A stretch of 64,000 nt of DNA, taken from an uncultured Nitrososphaeraceae archaeon (GTDB lineage Archaea > Thermoproteota > Nitrososphaeria > Nitrososphaerales > Nitrososphaeraceae). The stretch spans positions 800,001-864,000 of the forward strand of contig CAVZZA010000003.1 of NCBI GenBank assembly GCA_963779615.1, in the 5' to 3' direction. Numbering within the stretch: the first letter of the stretch is position 1; each line of letters begins with the position of its first letter. Both the position numbers and the translations under genes were made by a program. This document shows positions 31,236 to 44,136 of this stretch, piece by piece. Below the pieces are notes generated by a model. It had not been told where the DNA came from. It ran no database searches and saw only the letters and a program-made list of their open reading frames with translations.

Positions 31236-33479
31236 TTAAAGTATATGGCTTCCCATGTTTTTACTGCCGTTAGGGCCGTTGTTTTTTGAATTTATTTTCA
31301 TTTTTTCTTTTGCTCTAACAAAGTGATTCAGGGTTATTTTGAATTTTTCTAAATCTTGTTTTTCCATTTTAGGACTGGTGCTGTTTTTGCTATCGTTGTT
31401 GTTTTGCTCCTTAATTTTTGCATGCGCAGCTAGAAAGTCTCTCAACGCTATGACGGAGGCCGAATTAACCAATCCTTCAATCTCTGCGCCAGTAAATCCA
31501 GCAGTTAATTCCAGCATCTTGTCAACCGACAATGACTTATTGTCGATGGGTTTCTTTTTAGTGTGGATTTGTATTATTTGTTTCCTGGAATCAGCATCGG
31601 GAACTGGAATCTCTATGACTTTATCAAAACGCCCGGGTCTTAACAGTGCGTCATCTATAATATCAACCCTATTTGTTGCGCCAATAACCACAACACCATT
31701 AAGAATTTCTAACCCATCCAACTCCGTTAGCATTTGGCTCATCATCCTTTCAGTCACACCACTACCCGGCCCTCCAATTTCAGATCCTCTTCTTTGAGCT
31801 ATTGCATCCAATTCGTCAAAAAATACTATACATGGAGCAGCCTGTTTTGCTTTTCTGAAAACCTCCCGTATACCCTTTTCTGACTCGCCAACCCATTTGG
31901 ACAGTAATTCAGGGCCTTTAATGCTAATGAAGTTAGCCTCCGAATTGGAGGCCACAGCCTTGGCAAGCAGGGTTTTACCTGTTCCGGGTGGACCATAAAG
32001 AAGGATCCCTTTTGAAGGCCTGATATCGGCAAGGTCATATAATTCGGGATAGTTTAATGGCCATTCAGTCATTTCTACCAATTCCTGCTTTACATCTTTT
32101 AACCCTCCGATATCATCCCATTGAGTATCAGGCCTCTGGATTTGAAACTCCCTGATTGCAGACGGAGATACGTCTTTTAGCGCGTTGTTAAAGTCGGAAT
32201 TTGTTATAATTATCCTGTTTAACGTTTCAGGTGGAATTGGAGATTGTTCAATATTAATTTCAGGAAGAATTCGTCTTAAGGCCCTCATCGCGGCCTCTTT
32301 TGTCAGGACTTCCAAATCCGCGCCAACAAAACCATGGGTGATTTTTGATATCTTTGACAAATTTACGTCTTCATTCAAAGGCATTCCCCTGGTGTGGATA
32401 TTGAGTATTTCCAGCCGGCCATCCTCATCAGGAATTCCCAGTTCTATCTCCCTGTCAAATCGACCGGGCCTTCTAAGTGCAGGGTCTATTGCATCCTGCC
32501 TGTTGGTGGCCCCAATTACTACAACTTTACCCCTGGATTGAATTCCATCCATAAGGGTTAACATCTGTGACACCACTCTTTTTTCAACCTCACCTGTCAC
32601 TTCCTCTCTTTTTGGGGCAATAGAATCGATTTCATCAATGAATATTATGGACGGAGCATTTTCTTGGGCCTGCTTAAACGTATCTCTCAGTCTTTCTTCG
32701 CTCTCGCCATAGAATTTGCTCATAATTTCAGGACCGCTGATAGAGTAAAAGTTTGCGTTGGTTTCGTTGGCAACCGCTTTGGCCAGCAGTGTTTTACCGG
32801 TGCCTGGCGGGCCATAAAGTAGGACACCCTTAGGGGCCTCGATTCCGATTTTTTCGAACAATTCAGGATGGCGTATTGGCAATTCTATCATTTCCCTTAC
32901 TTTTTGTATTGGATCCTTCATACCGCCAATATCTTCATAGTTTATCCGTGGAATTTTTGGCGAAGGCTCTGTTTATAGTCACCCAAGGTAAATTTGGTGC
33001 CACTACCAACAATTAGCGGGCCATTGCCAGGACTTTAGGTTGTTTACTACAAAGGTAATCTTTTTTCCCATCAAATTTATGGGAATGGTGTCCATTTTTG
33101 ACACAACACGGCCCTCCAACAGACTTGGAAGGTAGTCGTCGAATCCAGAATATTCCAACTCTTCACTAGGCACCAGATTGACCTCTTTTGCTGCATGCGC
33201 AGTCCCAATTTTTTTGATGCGGACATGATCATCTATTCCCGATTCTAGAGCAGTTCGGGTGTACCCATCTATACGAACAATATTTCTGCTGTAGTCAGAG
33301 GACAGTCCAGACCACAGTCGTACATAACTGCATTTCTTTTTCCCTTTTAGTTCAATAATGTCACCAGTCACCAAGTTGAACTCGTCCATAACTTTGGGGT
33401 CAACAAGCGCTAATCCTTTTCCAACAAAGCGAATATCTGTTTCAGCAATTTTTAATAGTTTATCTTGTGAATTTTCCAT
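31236..33479 (-). CDS. cdc48: CDC48/VCP AAA ATPase (frameshifted near 32960-33030)
   Basis: N-domain in the 33003-33521 ORF. Two AAA domains with [20 protein letters not shown]. The YEDIGG linker joins them after a frame change. Confidence 0.93.
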
Positions 33480-33600
33480 TAATTTATCTCCCAGTTGTTT
33501 TGGAACATGTACATTACACATTGTAATAGTTATTACATAATATAAATTATCCTAACATAAAGTAAGATTTAATTTACAGGGCAAACAGTTATTACATAGA

Positions 33601-34347
33601 GTGTATAATAGAGATTTTTCTGTTCCCCAGGCAATAAAGGAAATCATAGTGTCAAACGACTTTTACCTGAAGGCAATCAAATCAGGCATTGTAAATTATA
33701 CAGCTCTCGCCAATAAAATTCACAAGGATGTAGAATCCATAACACTTTCAAGTGTAAATATCGGAACAATCATTGTAGCCATAAAGAGATTTGCTGATGA
33801 GTTGATTAAAAATGACAGTTATCCTCAACAGGCAACAAGCAACAACAAGGATAATGAGAAGAGCACCGAACCAGACGAACAGAAAAATCAGGAACCCTCA
33901 ATGTCACCAAATGATGTGAGAATGAGCCTTACTGGGAGCATTATTGACATTAATTTTAATAATGATACCATAATAAAAGACATTTCCGACATCATGCATG
34001 ATTTTTCTAAAGACACATTTTTTGACTATAATTTGATACACACAGCAAAAAAAATGTGCATATTTACTGAGGATATACAAGAATCAAGAAAAGTAATCCT
34101 CAACTTGAGAGAAAAATACAATGGAAATATGACTGAAGGTCTTTCAAAAATAACGTTAACTCTACCAAGTGAAAACATTATCCTAACAAGACAGATACTG
34201 TATCATATTTTTGACATGATAAACAATTACAAGATTACGCTCAATAATGCGTTCTTTACCAACAGGGAAATTATTTTGATTTTAAGGGGAAGTGAGGCTG
34301 CAAAAGCATATGATTTGTTGAGAAGAAAATTGTTTACCGAGAAATGA
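33601..34347 (+). CDS. Conserved archaeal hypothetical protein (HTH plus ACT-like regulator)
   Basis: SVPQAIKEII..GIVNYTALA..IIVAIKR N-terminus and EGLSKITL..EIILIL ACT-like C-terminus. Confidence 0.7.
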   Translation: MYNRDFSVPQAIKEIIVSNDFYLKAIKSGIVNYTALANKIHKDVESITLSSVNIGTIIVAIKRFADELIKNDSYPQQATSNNKDNEKSTEPDEQKNQEPSMSPNDVRMSLTGSIIDINFNNDTIIKDISDIMHDFSKDTFFDYNLIHTAKKMCIFTEDIQESRKVILNLREKYNGNMTEGLSKITLTLPSENIILTRQILYHIFDMINNYKITLNNAFFTNREIILILRGSEAAKAYDLLRRKLFTEK

Positions 34348-34527
34348 ATGTTAAACAAAAGGAAAAAAAGACGACTTTGATCATGGATTTTCAATGAAGC
34401 AACACTTTATAGCAGCAAGTGATATCAAACACAATACAAAAAATTAAAGATAAAAGATCATGGATTTGAAAATAAAGGCATAACTCATTTAAAAACAAAT
34501 AAAACAGTTGTGAATATTAGGAGAAAT

Positions 34528-36332
34528 GTGTCAAAACTATTAAAACTTAAAACAGGAACATGGGATTTATCAGAACTAATAAAAAATCCTAAAGACGATG
34601 AGTTTTCCAGTTTTTTGTCATCGATAGATGAAAAGGTAAAACAGTTTGAAAACAAAAGAATCGGATCTAAAGCCAGACATTCCATTAAAAAGTTTTTTGG
34701 AATTGGTAAAGGATACTGAAACCATTTCTGAAAAGTTAAGTATCATTTCAGGATACGCTCATTTAAAATACGCAGAAGACACCTCGTCAAATGAGGCCGC
34801 CGCCTTAATGACCAAAATGAACATTTTTGCGACAGAGATATCAAACAAACTTCTTTTCTTTGACTTGTGGTTTAAAAAAGAATTGGATGAAAAAAACGCA
34901 AATCGTTTGATAGAAGGAGTTCCAAAAGATTACCAACAATACCTCAAACACGAACGATCCTTATCCAAATTTACGCTAAAAGAACCGGAGGAAAAGATTA
35001 TCAATATTCTTGAAACCACTGGAATTGATGCTTTAATCAAAATTTATGACAGAATGACTAATGGTTTTGAGTTTGAGTATATAGAGGTCAAGGGAAGGAG
35101 AAAAATACGAAAAATGTTCACTAACAAAGAAAAATTGCTTACGCTTGTGAGAAGTTCACGATCGACTGAAAGGATAGCCGCATACAAGTCATTGTGGTCG
35201 ACATATAAAAAAAACAGTGGAGTTCTGGGAGAAATTTACATTAACAGAGCATTGAATTGGTACAACGAATACATTGTCCTTAAGAAAATTTCCATCACCC
35301 ATTTCAGTAAGAAACCTTTACAACGACATAGATGATAAAACAATTGAAACATTGCTCAAGGTTTGCAGATCAAACGCGGTAATATTTCAGAAATACTTTA
35401 AGGAAAAAGCAAAGATGCTAAAACTAAAAAAATTGGAGCGCTACCACCTTTACGCCCCAATTAAATCCCAAAAACAGGAAAAGATAAATTATGACAAGGC
35501 CATGAAAACAGTTTTAGACGCATACGCAGGTTTTGACCCGAAATTTAGGCAGGTTGTTGAAAAACTAATAGAAAAAAAACACATTGATTCTGAACTTAGG
35601 AATAACAAGCAGGGAGGAGCATTTTGTTCAACAATTACTCCCGAAATAGATCCCTATGTATTGCTAAATTTTGACGGGACCCTAAGGGACATATCCACAA
35701 TCGCTCATGAATTCGGCCATGCAATTCACAGTGTGCTAGCTTCAGACAAACCAATAACCGTACAACACCCACCTTTACCACTAGCTGAAACAGCGTCGGT
35801 TTTTGGTGAAATGCTGTTAAACGACAGCATGTCCAACAACGTATCCAAAAAAGAGAAAAAAATACTGCTAGCAGAACAAATTGACGATTTTTATGCCACC
35901 ATCATGAGACAAACATATTTTACAATGTTTGAGGTTTCTGCTCATGACACCATATCTAAAAACAATGCAACCACAATAGACGAACTGTCGGACCTTTACT
36001 TGAGCAATCTAAAAGAACAATTTGGAGATTCTTTAAAGGTAACAGAAGACTTCAAGTACGAATGGCTATACATCCCCCATATCTATCACTCGCCTTTTTA
36101 CTGCTACGCGTATTCATTTGGCAATTTACTTGTGATGTCTTTATATCAACAATACAAAAATGAAGGAAAAGACTTTATACCAAAATATATCAGGATTCTG
36201 GCAGCCGGGGGTACAAAAAAACCCGAAGAATTGTTGTTTGATGAAGGTATAGACATAACCAAGGAAAGCTTCTGGCAAAAAGGTTTCGATTTGGTTAACG
36301 AGAAAATTACAGAGTTAAAAACTATTAACTAG
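34528..36332 (+). CDS. pepF: M3 family oligoendopeptidase F (two frameshifts)
   Basis: WDLSEL start, KQGGAFC, HEFGH zincin motif, LAETAS, IPHIYHSPFYCYAY. Frame changes near 34670 and 35290. Confidence 0.9.
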
Positions 36333-36902
36333 TTATTAACAAAAAAAAGACATCAGAAACCACTCCAATTTATTTCATTATCGAATGCATTCACTTGTGT
36401 GCTTCCCATAATTTATGCACAAAAATTCCCTGTCTTTTTTTGATTACGCTAGTCTGAAGGTTTTAGATTGTTTGTTTGAATGCCTTCTAGGTATAACTCA
36501 TTGGCAAACATTAGGTATCATATCCAGTCAACAGGCAAAGGCACATCACATCATTTCAGGTTAAAATCACCCAGTTTAAATGCAAAATAGGATTGGTTTT
36601 GAAAATCATTTGACAAATTAACTGATACGCCACTGATTTGAAACAAAAAAATGCTTTTTTTTCCATGATGATTTGTTTCAGCTCAAGAAAACTTTTACTG
36701 TTTGCCAAAGGCGTTTGTGACACAATTGAATGGCATAGTTTTGTGGCAAAAGGAGAACTTTAATTACAATGTTACAAACATAATGGGTGTAGAAAACACA
36801 ATCACAAAAGAGAATTAATTATTTTGGTACAAACTGTTATATATCATTTCTCCCAAAAGAAAGGCATTTACCATTTTTTGTTTTATGTTATACAGGAGTA
36901 GT

Positions 36903-37142
36903 TTATTTATGTTCATCGCTAGGTTTAAAACCAGCAGTGCTATTTTTTTCACTTTCCCTATCCCTTCCTACGGACCTAAAAAACATTGCGGAAAAAACCA
37001 GCAATACTGAAACTATAACAGATGAGACAATTTGCGGAAAGGAACTGCCAAAAATCAAACCCACTGTTAAAACAACAACAAACACAATACCGAATATCGG
37101 GAGCCATTTTCTGATTATGTCATTTTTATTTATTTTTATCAT
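36903..37142 (-). CDS. Small two-TM membrane protein
   Basis: Two hydrophobic helices and a charged tail. Confidence 0.6.
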   Translation of the reverse strand: MIKINKNDIIRKWLPIFGIVFVVVLTVGLIFGSSFPQIVSSVIVSVLLVFSAMFFRSVGRDRESEKNSTAGFKPSDEHK

Positions 37143-37296
37143 TTGTATGAATTACCAAATACACAAATGATATTAAAAGAATATAGCACTCAACAATCCA
37201 GCCAGCCGGCCAGTAACTATACCAATGGTAATCTGATACCAGTGAACTATAGAAAATGAAACCCTAACGAAACAAACAAAATAATCAACCCATCAA

Positions 37297-37713
37297 TCAA
37301 TCAATCAATTCAACTATACCTTTGGTCAACATTAACCTTCTCAACTCCTTTGCAAGATCAGTCACGGTAATAATTCCAACTACATTTCCGTCTGACATTA
37401 CAGGTAAACGCCTGATTCTGTTATTGATCATCCTTTGCACAGCTACATCAACAGGGGTATCAGGTTCCGCAAAGGTTTGGATTTTAGACATCAATTCAGA
37501 TATCCTCACTTCAGAAGACTTTTTATCTTCAGCACACACCCTTTTCACAAAATCTCTTTCGGTTATTATTCCCAAGGACTTGTTATCTTTATCTTGAACG
37601 ATAAGGGAACTAATCCTATTTTCTTTCATAAGCAATGCAGCATCTAATGCGGATCTACTAGAATTAATCGTTACAACATGACGTGTCATTATCTGACTTA
37701 CAATTTCTTGCAT
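37297..37713 (-). CDS. CBS-domain protein
   Basis: VSQIMTR, LGIITERD, IRRLPV, VGIITVTD. Confidence 0.93.
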   Translation of the reverse strand: MQEIVSQIMTRHVVTINSSRSALDAALLMKENRISSLIVQDKDNKSLGIITERDFVKRVCAEDKKSSEVRISELMSKIQTFAEPDTPVDVAVQRMINNRIRRLPVMSDGNVVGIITVTDLAKELRRLMLTKGIVELID

Positions 37714-38270
37714 ACAATTTTTTAAGATAAACAATAAAAAAAGATTTCTTAAAAAAACAAAAAGCATGATTTATCAAAAGATCGACATATAAAAATAAAA
37801 AAAGATTCAAAAGATAACTTCAATAACACACTCTCTGTTGCCCAATTCTTTCCACACAGATGGAATTTGGCCAGCCGATTGTTTTGTTGAACGGATTTGA
37901 ATATGAATACAGGTTTCCTTTGTAAAAGGATGTATGGTGAACATACGCCCACACCGAGGTTAAAAACACGGTAAAAGATATTGTCAGGAAAGTTACGCCA
38001 CATAACCTGTCCAGCAAGTAGGTGTATGACATGGAAATGAATTTGGATTATGGCGAAGATACACAACAACCACAGAGCGATCATGCGCAAAAGATTTAAA
38101 ACGGCATAGGTAAGATAATAGCATAGAAATGGAAACAAAAAATATTTTTAACAAAATATTAAGTTGGATACGCCTTGTGAGAGCATCAAGAAAGCACAAA
38201 GTTACAGCTTAGGTCAATATGCTATTTAAGTAAAAATATTAAAAACATTTTTTATAATGTCCGATCTCAC

Positions 38271-38933
38271 GGCTCTGTTCACTTAACCATAAGGCTAAAG
38301 CTTGAAGATGTCCTATCTCCCAATGGTTTGCAGAAACAGAACACCCTCAGTGCATTAGCTATGGTTTGTATCTTTGTTTTCCAGGGCCATCATTGAGAAG
38401 GGCATCAGAAAGACTGTCCTGTTTTGTCAGGCGAAACCATGTCCCAATATGGAACTGGATTCAGATACACCATCCTCAAAGGATATCAACAAAAAGAAAA
38501 AAGATTTTTGGGTACATAGTGGATGAGACACTAATCAAGGCTGGTTCTAAATGCATCTGGCTCTGGGCTGCCATTGATCCAAAAGACAGGCAGATTCTGG
38601 CACCAAGCATATCCAGGGAGAGAAACATGCCTATTGCTGAAAGGTTTATCGAGGGTTTGGTCAAGACGCATGGAAAGTGCCCGGTATCGACTGATGGTGG
38701 AACGCGGCATCCCCAAGCATGCAGGTTCCCGAATCTAAAGCACCATATCCATTCCCCTCTGGAGAAAAGCCTGATTGAACGACCCACGCAGTATATCAAG
38801 GACAGAACAGAAAGTTTCGATGACTACTTTCCCTGTAGGGGAAAGAATTGTAAACAAAGCATGTAAAGAATCGGCGGCGGTTTTTTGTAGATTACCATAA
38901 CAATGAGTTAAAAATGCCTAAGTGAACAGAGCC
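38271..38933 (+). mobile_element. IS6-family insertion sequence, degenerate transposase
   Basis: IRs GGCTCTGTTCACTTA / TAAGTGAACAGAGCC. 8-bp TSD GATCTCAC (38263-70, 38934-41). VDET and STDGG motifs. Frameshifts near both ends. Confidence 0.95.
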
Positions 38934-39058
38934 GATCTCACTCATCAATAACTTATTAACTTTCTGCTAGTTATCTATTGCATTATTCTAAGTATTTTGT
39001 GAATTTAGCATCAATAAAAAATAAAAAATAAAAATTAGAGTTTAAAAAAAGAAAAAGT

Positions 39059-39640
39059 TTAGATTACCTGCCACGGTCTTGTCGCAAAAGTAACTCCAAG
39101 GCCTGCCGCTATTATTATGCTTTGATATATAATATTCATGTATGGAATTGGTTTCAATATTGGCTCCCCAGTTACTTGGACTGTTTGTCCCGGGCCTAAA
39201 CCTGGACCAACAGAAGCGAGGTTAAGTTGTGTATGGACGTGGTAAATACCAGGTTCGAGAGCTTTGGCTTCAAGTCTATATGGAATTTTCTCTTGTGCAG
39301 CAACATTGATTATATTTCCCGGTGGATCTCGACTGACAAACTCCCATCTGTTACCTGCATTGGTAGACTCACTGAAAAGTGATATCCATCCCCTTAAATC
39401 TCTGTTAACCAAACTTTGGAGTTCTCCAGTTACTACAAGAGTGTCACCAGTATGAAGAGACTGTGCAGAAAATGCTTCATTATTGATTCTAACGAATCTA
39501 CTTTGAAGTTGTGCTTGAACACCATGGCCTTCAGCATCCGGTATTAATGATAACATAACGCCTAAAACTGATGCAGTTCCAGCAATTATAGTTACAACTA
39601 AAAATACCATAGCGGGGTTGTTGCCGCTTTTCATATTCAT
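39059..39640 (-). CDS. amoB: Ammonia monooxygenase subunit B
   Basis: Signal peptide then HGVQAQLQSRFVRI, NAGNRWE, YHVHTQLN, GPGLGPG, ATRPWQVI. Confidence 0.98.
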   Translation of the reverse strand: MNMKSGNNPAMVFLVVTIIAGTASVLGVMLSLIPDAEGHGVQAQLQSRFVRINNEAFSAQSLHTGDTLVVTGELQSLVNRDLRGWISLFSESTNAGNRWEFVSRDPPGNIINVAAQEKIPYRLEAKALEPGIYHVHTQLNLASVGPGLGPGQTVQVTGEPILKPIPYMNIIYQSIIIAAGLGVTFATRPWQVI

Positions 39641-39662
39641 GTGTGGTTTCAACAAAAAACAT

Positions 39663-39672
39663 AGATAAAAAG
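39663..39672 (-). promoter_or_regulatory. Putative TATA box of amoB
   Basis: Minus strand GCAAA-CTTTTTATCT, 23-32 bp upstream of ATG 39640. Confidence 0.55.
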
Positions 39673-39849
39673 TTTGCTATGATAAATTCTAAAATATTTT
39701 ATAATTATTACAAAATAATCGATATAACATAAATAAATATTACAAACGATAAAAGTTATTTATAAAATAACCATTACAAAAACCATATGACTGATATAAA
39801 CATACAAAGTATAAGTATCGATACAACTGTATATAATACTGGATAAAGA

Positions 39850-40008
39850 TTGGGTAAAGATATCGATGTTAATCATAATAATGAAGAAGAGGGCACCTTG
39901 TGCAATTATTGTGGAAACATTATGGAAGCTTGTATGTGTGTTTGTCCTTATTGTGGAATAAGAGATAAATGCGAATGTTGCATTCTTGATGCAACTACAG
40001 GAGGATAG
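39850..40008 (+). CDS. 52-aa cysteine-rich metal-binding protein ending in Gly-Gly (not in ORF track)
   Basis: TTG start; MGKDIDVNHNNEEEGTLCNYCGNIMEACMCVCPYCGIRDKCECCILDATTGG*. Nine Cys with two CxxCG knuckles. Confidence 0.8.
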   Translation: MGKDIDVNHNNEEEGTLCNYCGNIMEACMCVCPYCGIRDKCECCILDATTGG

Positions 40009-40082
40009 TTATCCTTTATTGTTAAATGGCAATGAACACATTTAAACATAATAATAACAAACATCAATATTAAGAATAAATA

Positions 40083-42139
40083 ATGGAAAATTTTAGAGAA
40101 TCCATTTCTTGGGTTATTGGCGGTCCTCAAGGAAGCGGGGTTGATTCTGCGGCACATATTTTTATTAAATCCATTGCAATGTCCGGATTACATGTATTTG
40201 GCAAAAGAGAATACTATTCAAACATCAAAGGAGAACACAGTTATTTCACAGTCAGGGTTTCAAGTAAACCAATAAGGTCACATGTGGATGAAATAGATCT
40301 CCTAGTTACATTTGACGGTGAAACTGTAGTAAGGCACTCACCATATTTGGTAAATAATGGGGTATTGATATACGATCCAGAAATTAAGGGGAAAAAAATT
40401 GAGGATATCCACACCTTAGATTATTCATCCAAGAAAAAAATAAAAAAGATATTGGAAGAAAACAACAAAACTCTGGATTTTGGTGGAATTTTAGAGAATC
40501 TAAAAGAAAGAAATGTGTTATTGATAGAGCTGCCTTTTTTTGAACTGATTAAAGACTTTTCAGAAAAGATTAATGATCACTCCCTAAGCAAACTTGCTAG
40601 AATTACTAATGTGATGTCCCTAGCGGCATCGCTTGCAATACTGGATTTCGATACAAAAAAGATGGAAAATGGGATTCGGTCAATATTTTCAAGTAAACCC
40701 AAGATAGCAGAAATTAATGTGGATGCAGGTAACTATGCATACAATTATGTGAAATCCAAATATGCAGACAATCTCAAAAAACATTCCATGAGTTTGGTTT
40801 ATGACCAAACAAGCAATGACAACAGCAACTACATTATTGCGCAGGGAAGTCAATCATCACCCCTTGGAAAAATAGTAGCAGGCTGTAGGTTCCAAACATA
40901 TTATCCAATAACCCCTGCAAGTGACGACAGCGAATATCTGGAATCCAACCTCATAATAAAACAAAATGACAACAATAACGGGTCAGATTGTTGTAATCCA
41001 AACCGAGGATGAAATTTCAGCAATTGCCATGGCCATAGGATCATCATTGACTGGAACCCGCAGTTGTACAGCCACATCTGGACCAGGGTTCTCACTAATG
41101 GCAGAAGCTTTAGGATGGGCAGGAATGAACGAAGTACCAGTAATAATCTCATTGTATCAGAGAGCGGGCCCATCCACAGGATTACCCACCCGGCAAGAAC
41201 AAGGAGACCTGTTATTTGCGATAAACGCAGGTCACGGGGAGTTTCCAAGGATAGTGTATTCTTCTGGCGATATTGAAGAGAGTTTCTATGACACAGTTAA
41301 GGTATTTAATTACGCAGAAAAATTTCAATTGCCAGTCATCCACATGATGGACAAATTTATAGCAAACAGCATAATGACGTGTAAAATCTTCGATTACAAA
41401 AAGATAAAAATCGAAAGAGGGAAATTCATTGGCAAAAACTCTCTCCCTAATCCAGATTCAGGTGCGGATAATGGCATAAAACATTTTAAGCGCTTTAATC
41501 TCGAGGAGGGGCCAATTTCTAAAAGAGTTCCCCTAGGAACAGAAAATGGAATCTTTTGGAATACAGGAGACGAACACGATGAGCGAGGGTCATATTACAG
41601 AGGATCCAGAAATTAGAAAAAAAATGATGGAAAAGAGGATGTCAAAATTGCAATTAGTCAGTGATCAAATACCAGAGCAGGATCAAATAACAGTAGAGTT
41701 TGAAGACAAATTGAAAAAGGATATTGAAAGCACAATAATAATCTTAAGCTGGGGATCCACCAAAGGCGCAATTTTAGACACTTTGGAAAAGATATCTCCA
41801 GAATTTGAGAAAATAAGATTTATTTTTGTCCAAGTTAAATTATTGCACCCTTTTCCTTCAAGATTATTGGAAGACACCTTAAATAACATAACAGGCACAA
41901 AAACTGAAAACAGCACTACCAAATTATATTCAAATAGCAAGACAACCATAATAAGTATTGAGATGAACTATTTAGCACAGCTCGATATTTTGCTAAAGCA
42001 AAATACCACGGTAATCACCAACTATAACATTTTAAAATACAACGGAAGGCCCATGTCATTATCAGAATTATATGAGTCATTTACAAGGATAATAAGTAAC
42101 AATACAGGAAAAAGAGTGATTTTGGAGAATGGAGTATAA
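40083..42139 (+). CDS. korA: 2-oxoacid:ferredoxin oxidoreductase alpha subunit (two frameshifts)
   Basis: [54 protein letters not shown]. Frame changes near 40985 and 41585. Confidence 0.92.
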
Positions 42140-43094
42140 GCTTTCCGAGTATAAAACAGAGGTACATAATGATTGGTGTGCCGGTTGTGGAGATTTTGGC
42201 ATTTTAAACGCTATACAAATGTCTTTATCAGAGCTAAAAATACCTCCCCACAATGCAGCCCTTTTTTCAGGCATAGGTTGTTCTGGGAAAACGCCTCATT
42301 TTGTTCATACCTATGGGATACACACCCTTCACGGAAGGGTACTTCCATTTGCACAAGGGGCCAAGTTATCAAACCCTAACTTGAAAATCATCGCGGTGGG
42401 TGGAGACGGAGACGGCCTGGGCATAGGATCAGGGCACTTTATTAATTCAGGAAGGAGGAATGTAGACATCACGTATATAATTTACAACAATGGAGTTTAT
42501 GGCCTAACCAAAGGACAAGCTGCGCCTACATTAAAGATAGGCATGAAGACAAAGTCATTACCTCAACCAAACATGAATGACAGCATCAACCCCATTGCCT
42601 TAGCCATCATTTCCGGGTTTACATTTATTGCCAGAGGATACTCCTACGATGTAAAGCACTTGAAAGAGGTTATAAAGAAAGGCATACTTCACAAGGGGCT
42701 CTCTTTTATTGACGTATTACAGCCATGCCCCACATATAATGACATCAACACAAAAGAGTGGTACCAAAGTTATGAGATGGATCCCTCAGATTCAACCAAA
42801 AGGATACCAAAGATTTACAAACTAGAAGATGAAAATTATAACGGCATAGTAAACAACGAAAATGAATCACCATACAAAATGTCCCTAGCTTTAGAAAAAT
42901 CAAGGGAATGGGAAAAAAGAATTCCAATAGGAGTTTTTTATCAGAATGACAATATCGTCACCTATGGAGAGAGAATTGAAAGCAGAATAGAAAACTACAT
43001 TTCTTATCCCCCCGCAGAACAAATAGTAAATGATAAAGATGGCAACACAATAGCAAATATCGACAATCTTTTAGACAAACTAAAAACTCAGTAA
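42129..43094 (+). CDS. korB: 2-oxoacid:ferredoxin oxidoreductase beta subunit
   Basis: WCAGCG, SGIGCS, HGR, TPP motif [23 protein letters not shown]. Confidence 0.96.
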   Translation: MEYKLSEYKTEVHNDWCAGCGDFGILNAIQMSLSELKIPPHNAALFSGIGCSGKTPHFVHTYGIHTLHGRVLPFAQGAKLSNPNLKIIAVGGDGDGLGIGSGHFINSGRRNVDITYIIYNNGVYGLTKGQAAPTLKIGMKTKSLPQPNMNDSINPIALAIISGFTFIARGYSYDVKHLKEVIKKGILHKGLSFIDVLQPCPTYNDINTKEWYQSYEMDPSDSTKRIPKIYKLEDENYNGIVNNENESPYKMSLALEKSREWEKRIPIGVFYQNDNIVTYGERIESRIENYISYPPAEQIVNDKDGNTIANIDNLLDKLKTQ

Positions 43095-43447
43095 ATCATA
43101 GTAAAAGAACAAATAACTTTATTGTTATTTGCAAGACATTTTTTGTCAGATATCCTAAATTCATTAACATGACAATGTTATGGACCACAATCACAAGAGA
43201 TTTTGTCAATAAAAAACAAGATTGGCATAAAAACAACAGGGATTTACCCTCGTTGTTTAAGATTGACGGATGCATAGCCATCACTAAAACAACATGCAAA
43301 GAATGGATAAAGAATTAAAGAAAAAGTATCAGTGATTTTAAGCAATTATTAGATTTTAAAAAGAATCAGGACTCCCTATATACATATACATACAAAAAAA
43401 AGAAAAAATTTATTTTTAATATTTAAATTCATTAAAAATAATGGATT

Positions 43448-44098
43448 TTAATCCCATTTACTCCATGCAGCCATCCATCTGTAAGTCCATGTATTAAGTT
43501 TTGCGCCCAAGGCCGCAATAGGAACACAAAGCACCGCCCCGGCACCTGCTCCCAAAGCCACTGGACTGTTATAGAACTTTCCTACCTGAGGCTCGATTGG
43601 AGTCATGTATGGAGGTAGAGTAGGTCTTGGATATTTGAATGCCATTTCCAATGGATCCGAAACTAACAGTAAGTTAATCATATTAAACAATGGAATTGAC
43701 ATTCCAACCAGCACTCCTCCAATTAGTATTGCTGCATGTTTGTTCCTTCTTGTTGCCCAGTACGCCAAATCCAACAACATAGCCGACGGTATCCAAACCG
43801 GAACTGCGACAAAGTCATATGGGTATCCTAAGGCGAACCAGGCGCCCTTGGCAACCCATGTATAAATTGTCATGATAGTTGCGTAATACGTAGCTGTACC
43901 AGGAACACCTGTAAACAACATATAGTATATAGCTCCTACTACAAGCATTGTTGATTGAGATATAGAGAATACGACAAAAGATGTCCATGCCCAGTCAGTG
44001 TAGAAGATATAATCTCCTGCGTTGATTGTAAGCAAGGTACTGTTGACAGCAACAACAACAATGAACAAATAGTGAGTTGTACGTCTTAACCAGACCAT
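43448..44098 (-). CDS. amoA: Ammonia monooxygenase subunit A
   Basis: MVWLRRTTHYLF..NAGDYIFYTDWAW..TWTYRWMAAWSKWD, canonical 216-aa archaeal AmoA. Confidence 0.99.
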   Translation of the reverse strand: MVWLRRTTHYLFIVVVAVNSTLLTINAGDYIFYTDWAWTSFVVFSISQSTMLVVGAIYYMLFTGVPGTATYYATIMTIYTWVAKGAWFALGYPYDFVAVPVWIPSAMLLDLAYWATRRNKHAAILIGGVLVGMSIPLFNMINLLLVSDPLEMAFKYPRPTLPPYMTPIEPQVGKFYNSPVALGAGAGAVLCVPIAALGAKLNTWTYRWMAAWSKWD

Positions 44099-44118
44099 TA
44101 TAATGCAATTCTGATAGG

Positions 44119-44136
44119 TAATATATAAGATTTTGT
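44119..44136 (-). promoter_or_regulatory. Putative BRE/TATA of amoA
   Basis: Minus strand ACAAAATC-TTATATATTA, with TATA 21-30 bp upstream of the ATG (leaderless geometry). Confidence 0.65.

Noticed and set aside
37749-38199. Three overlapping minus-strand ORFs
   Set aside because: No recognisable motifs, mutually overlapping, atypical composition.
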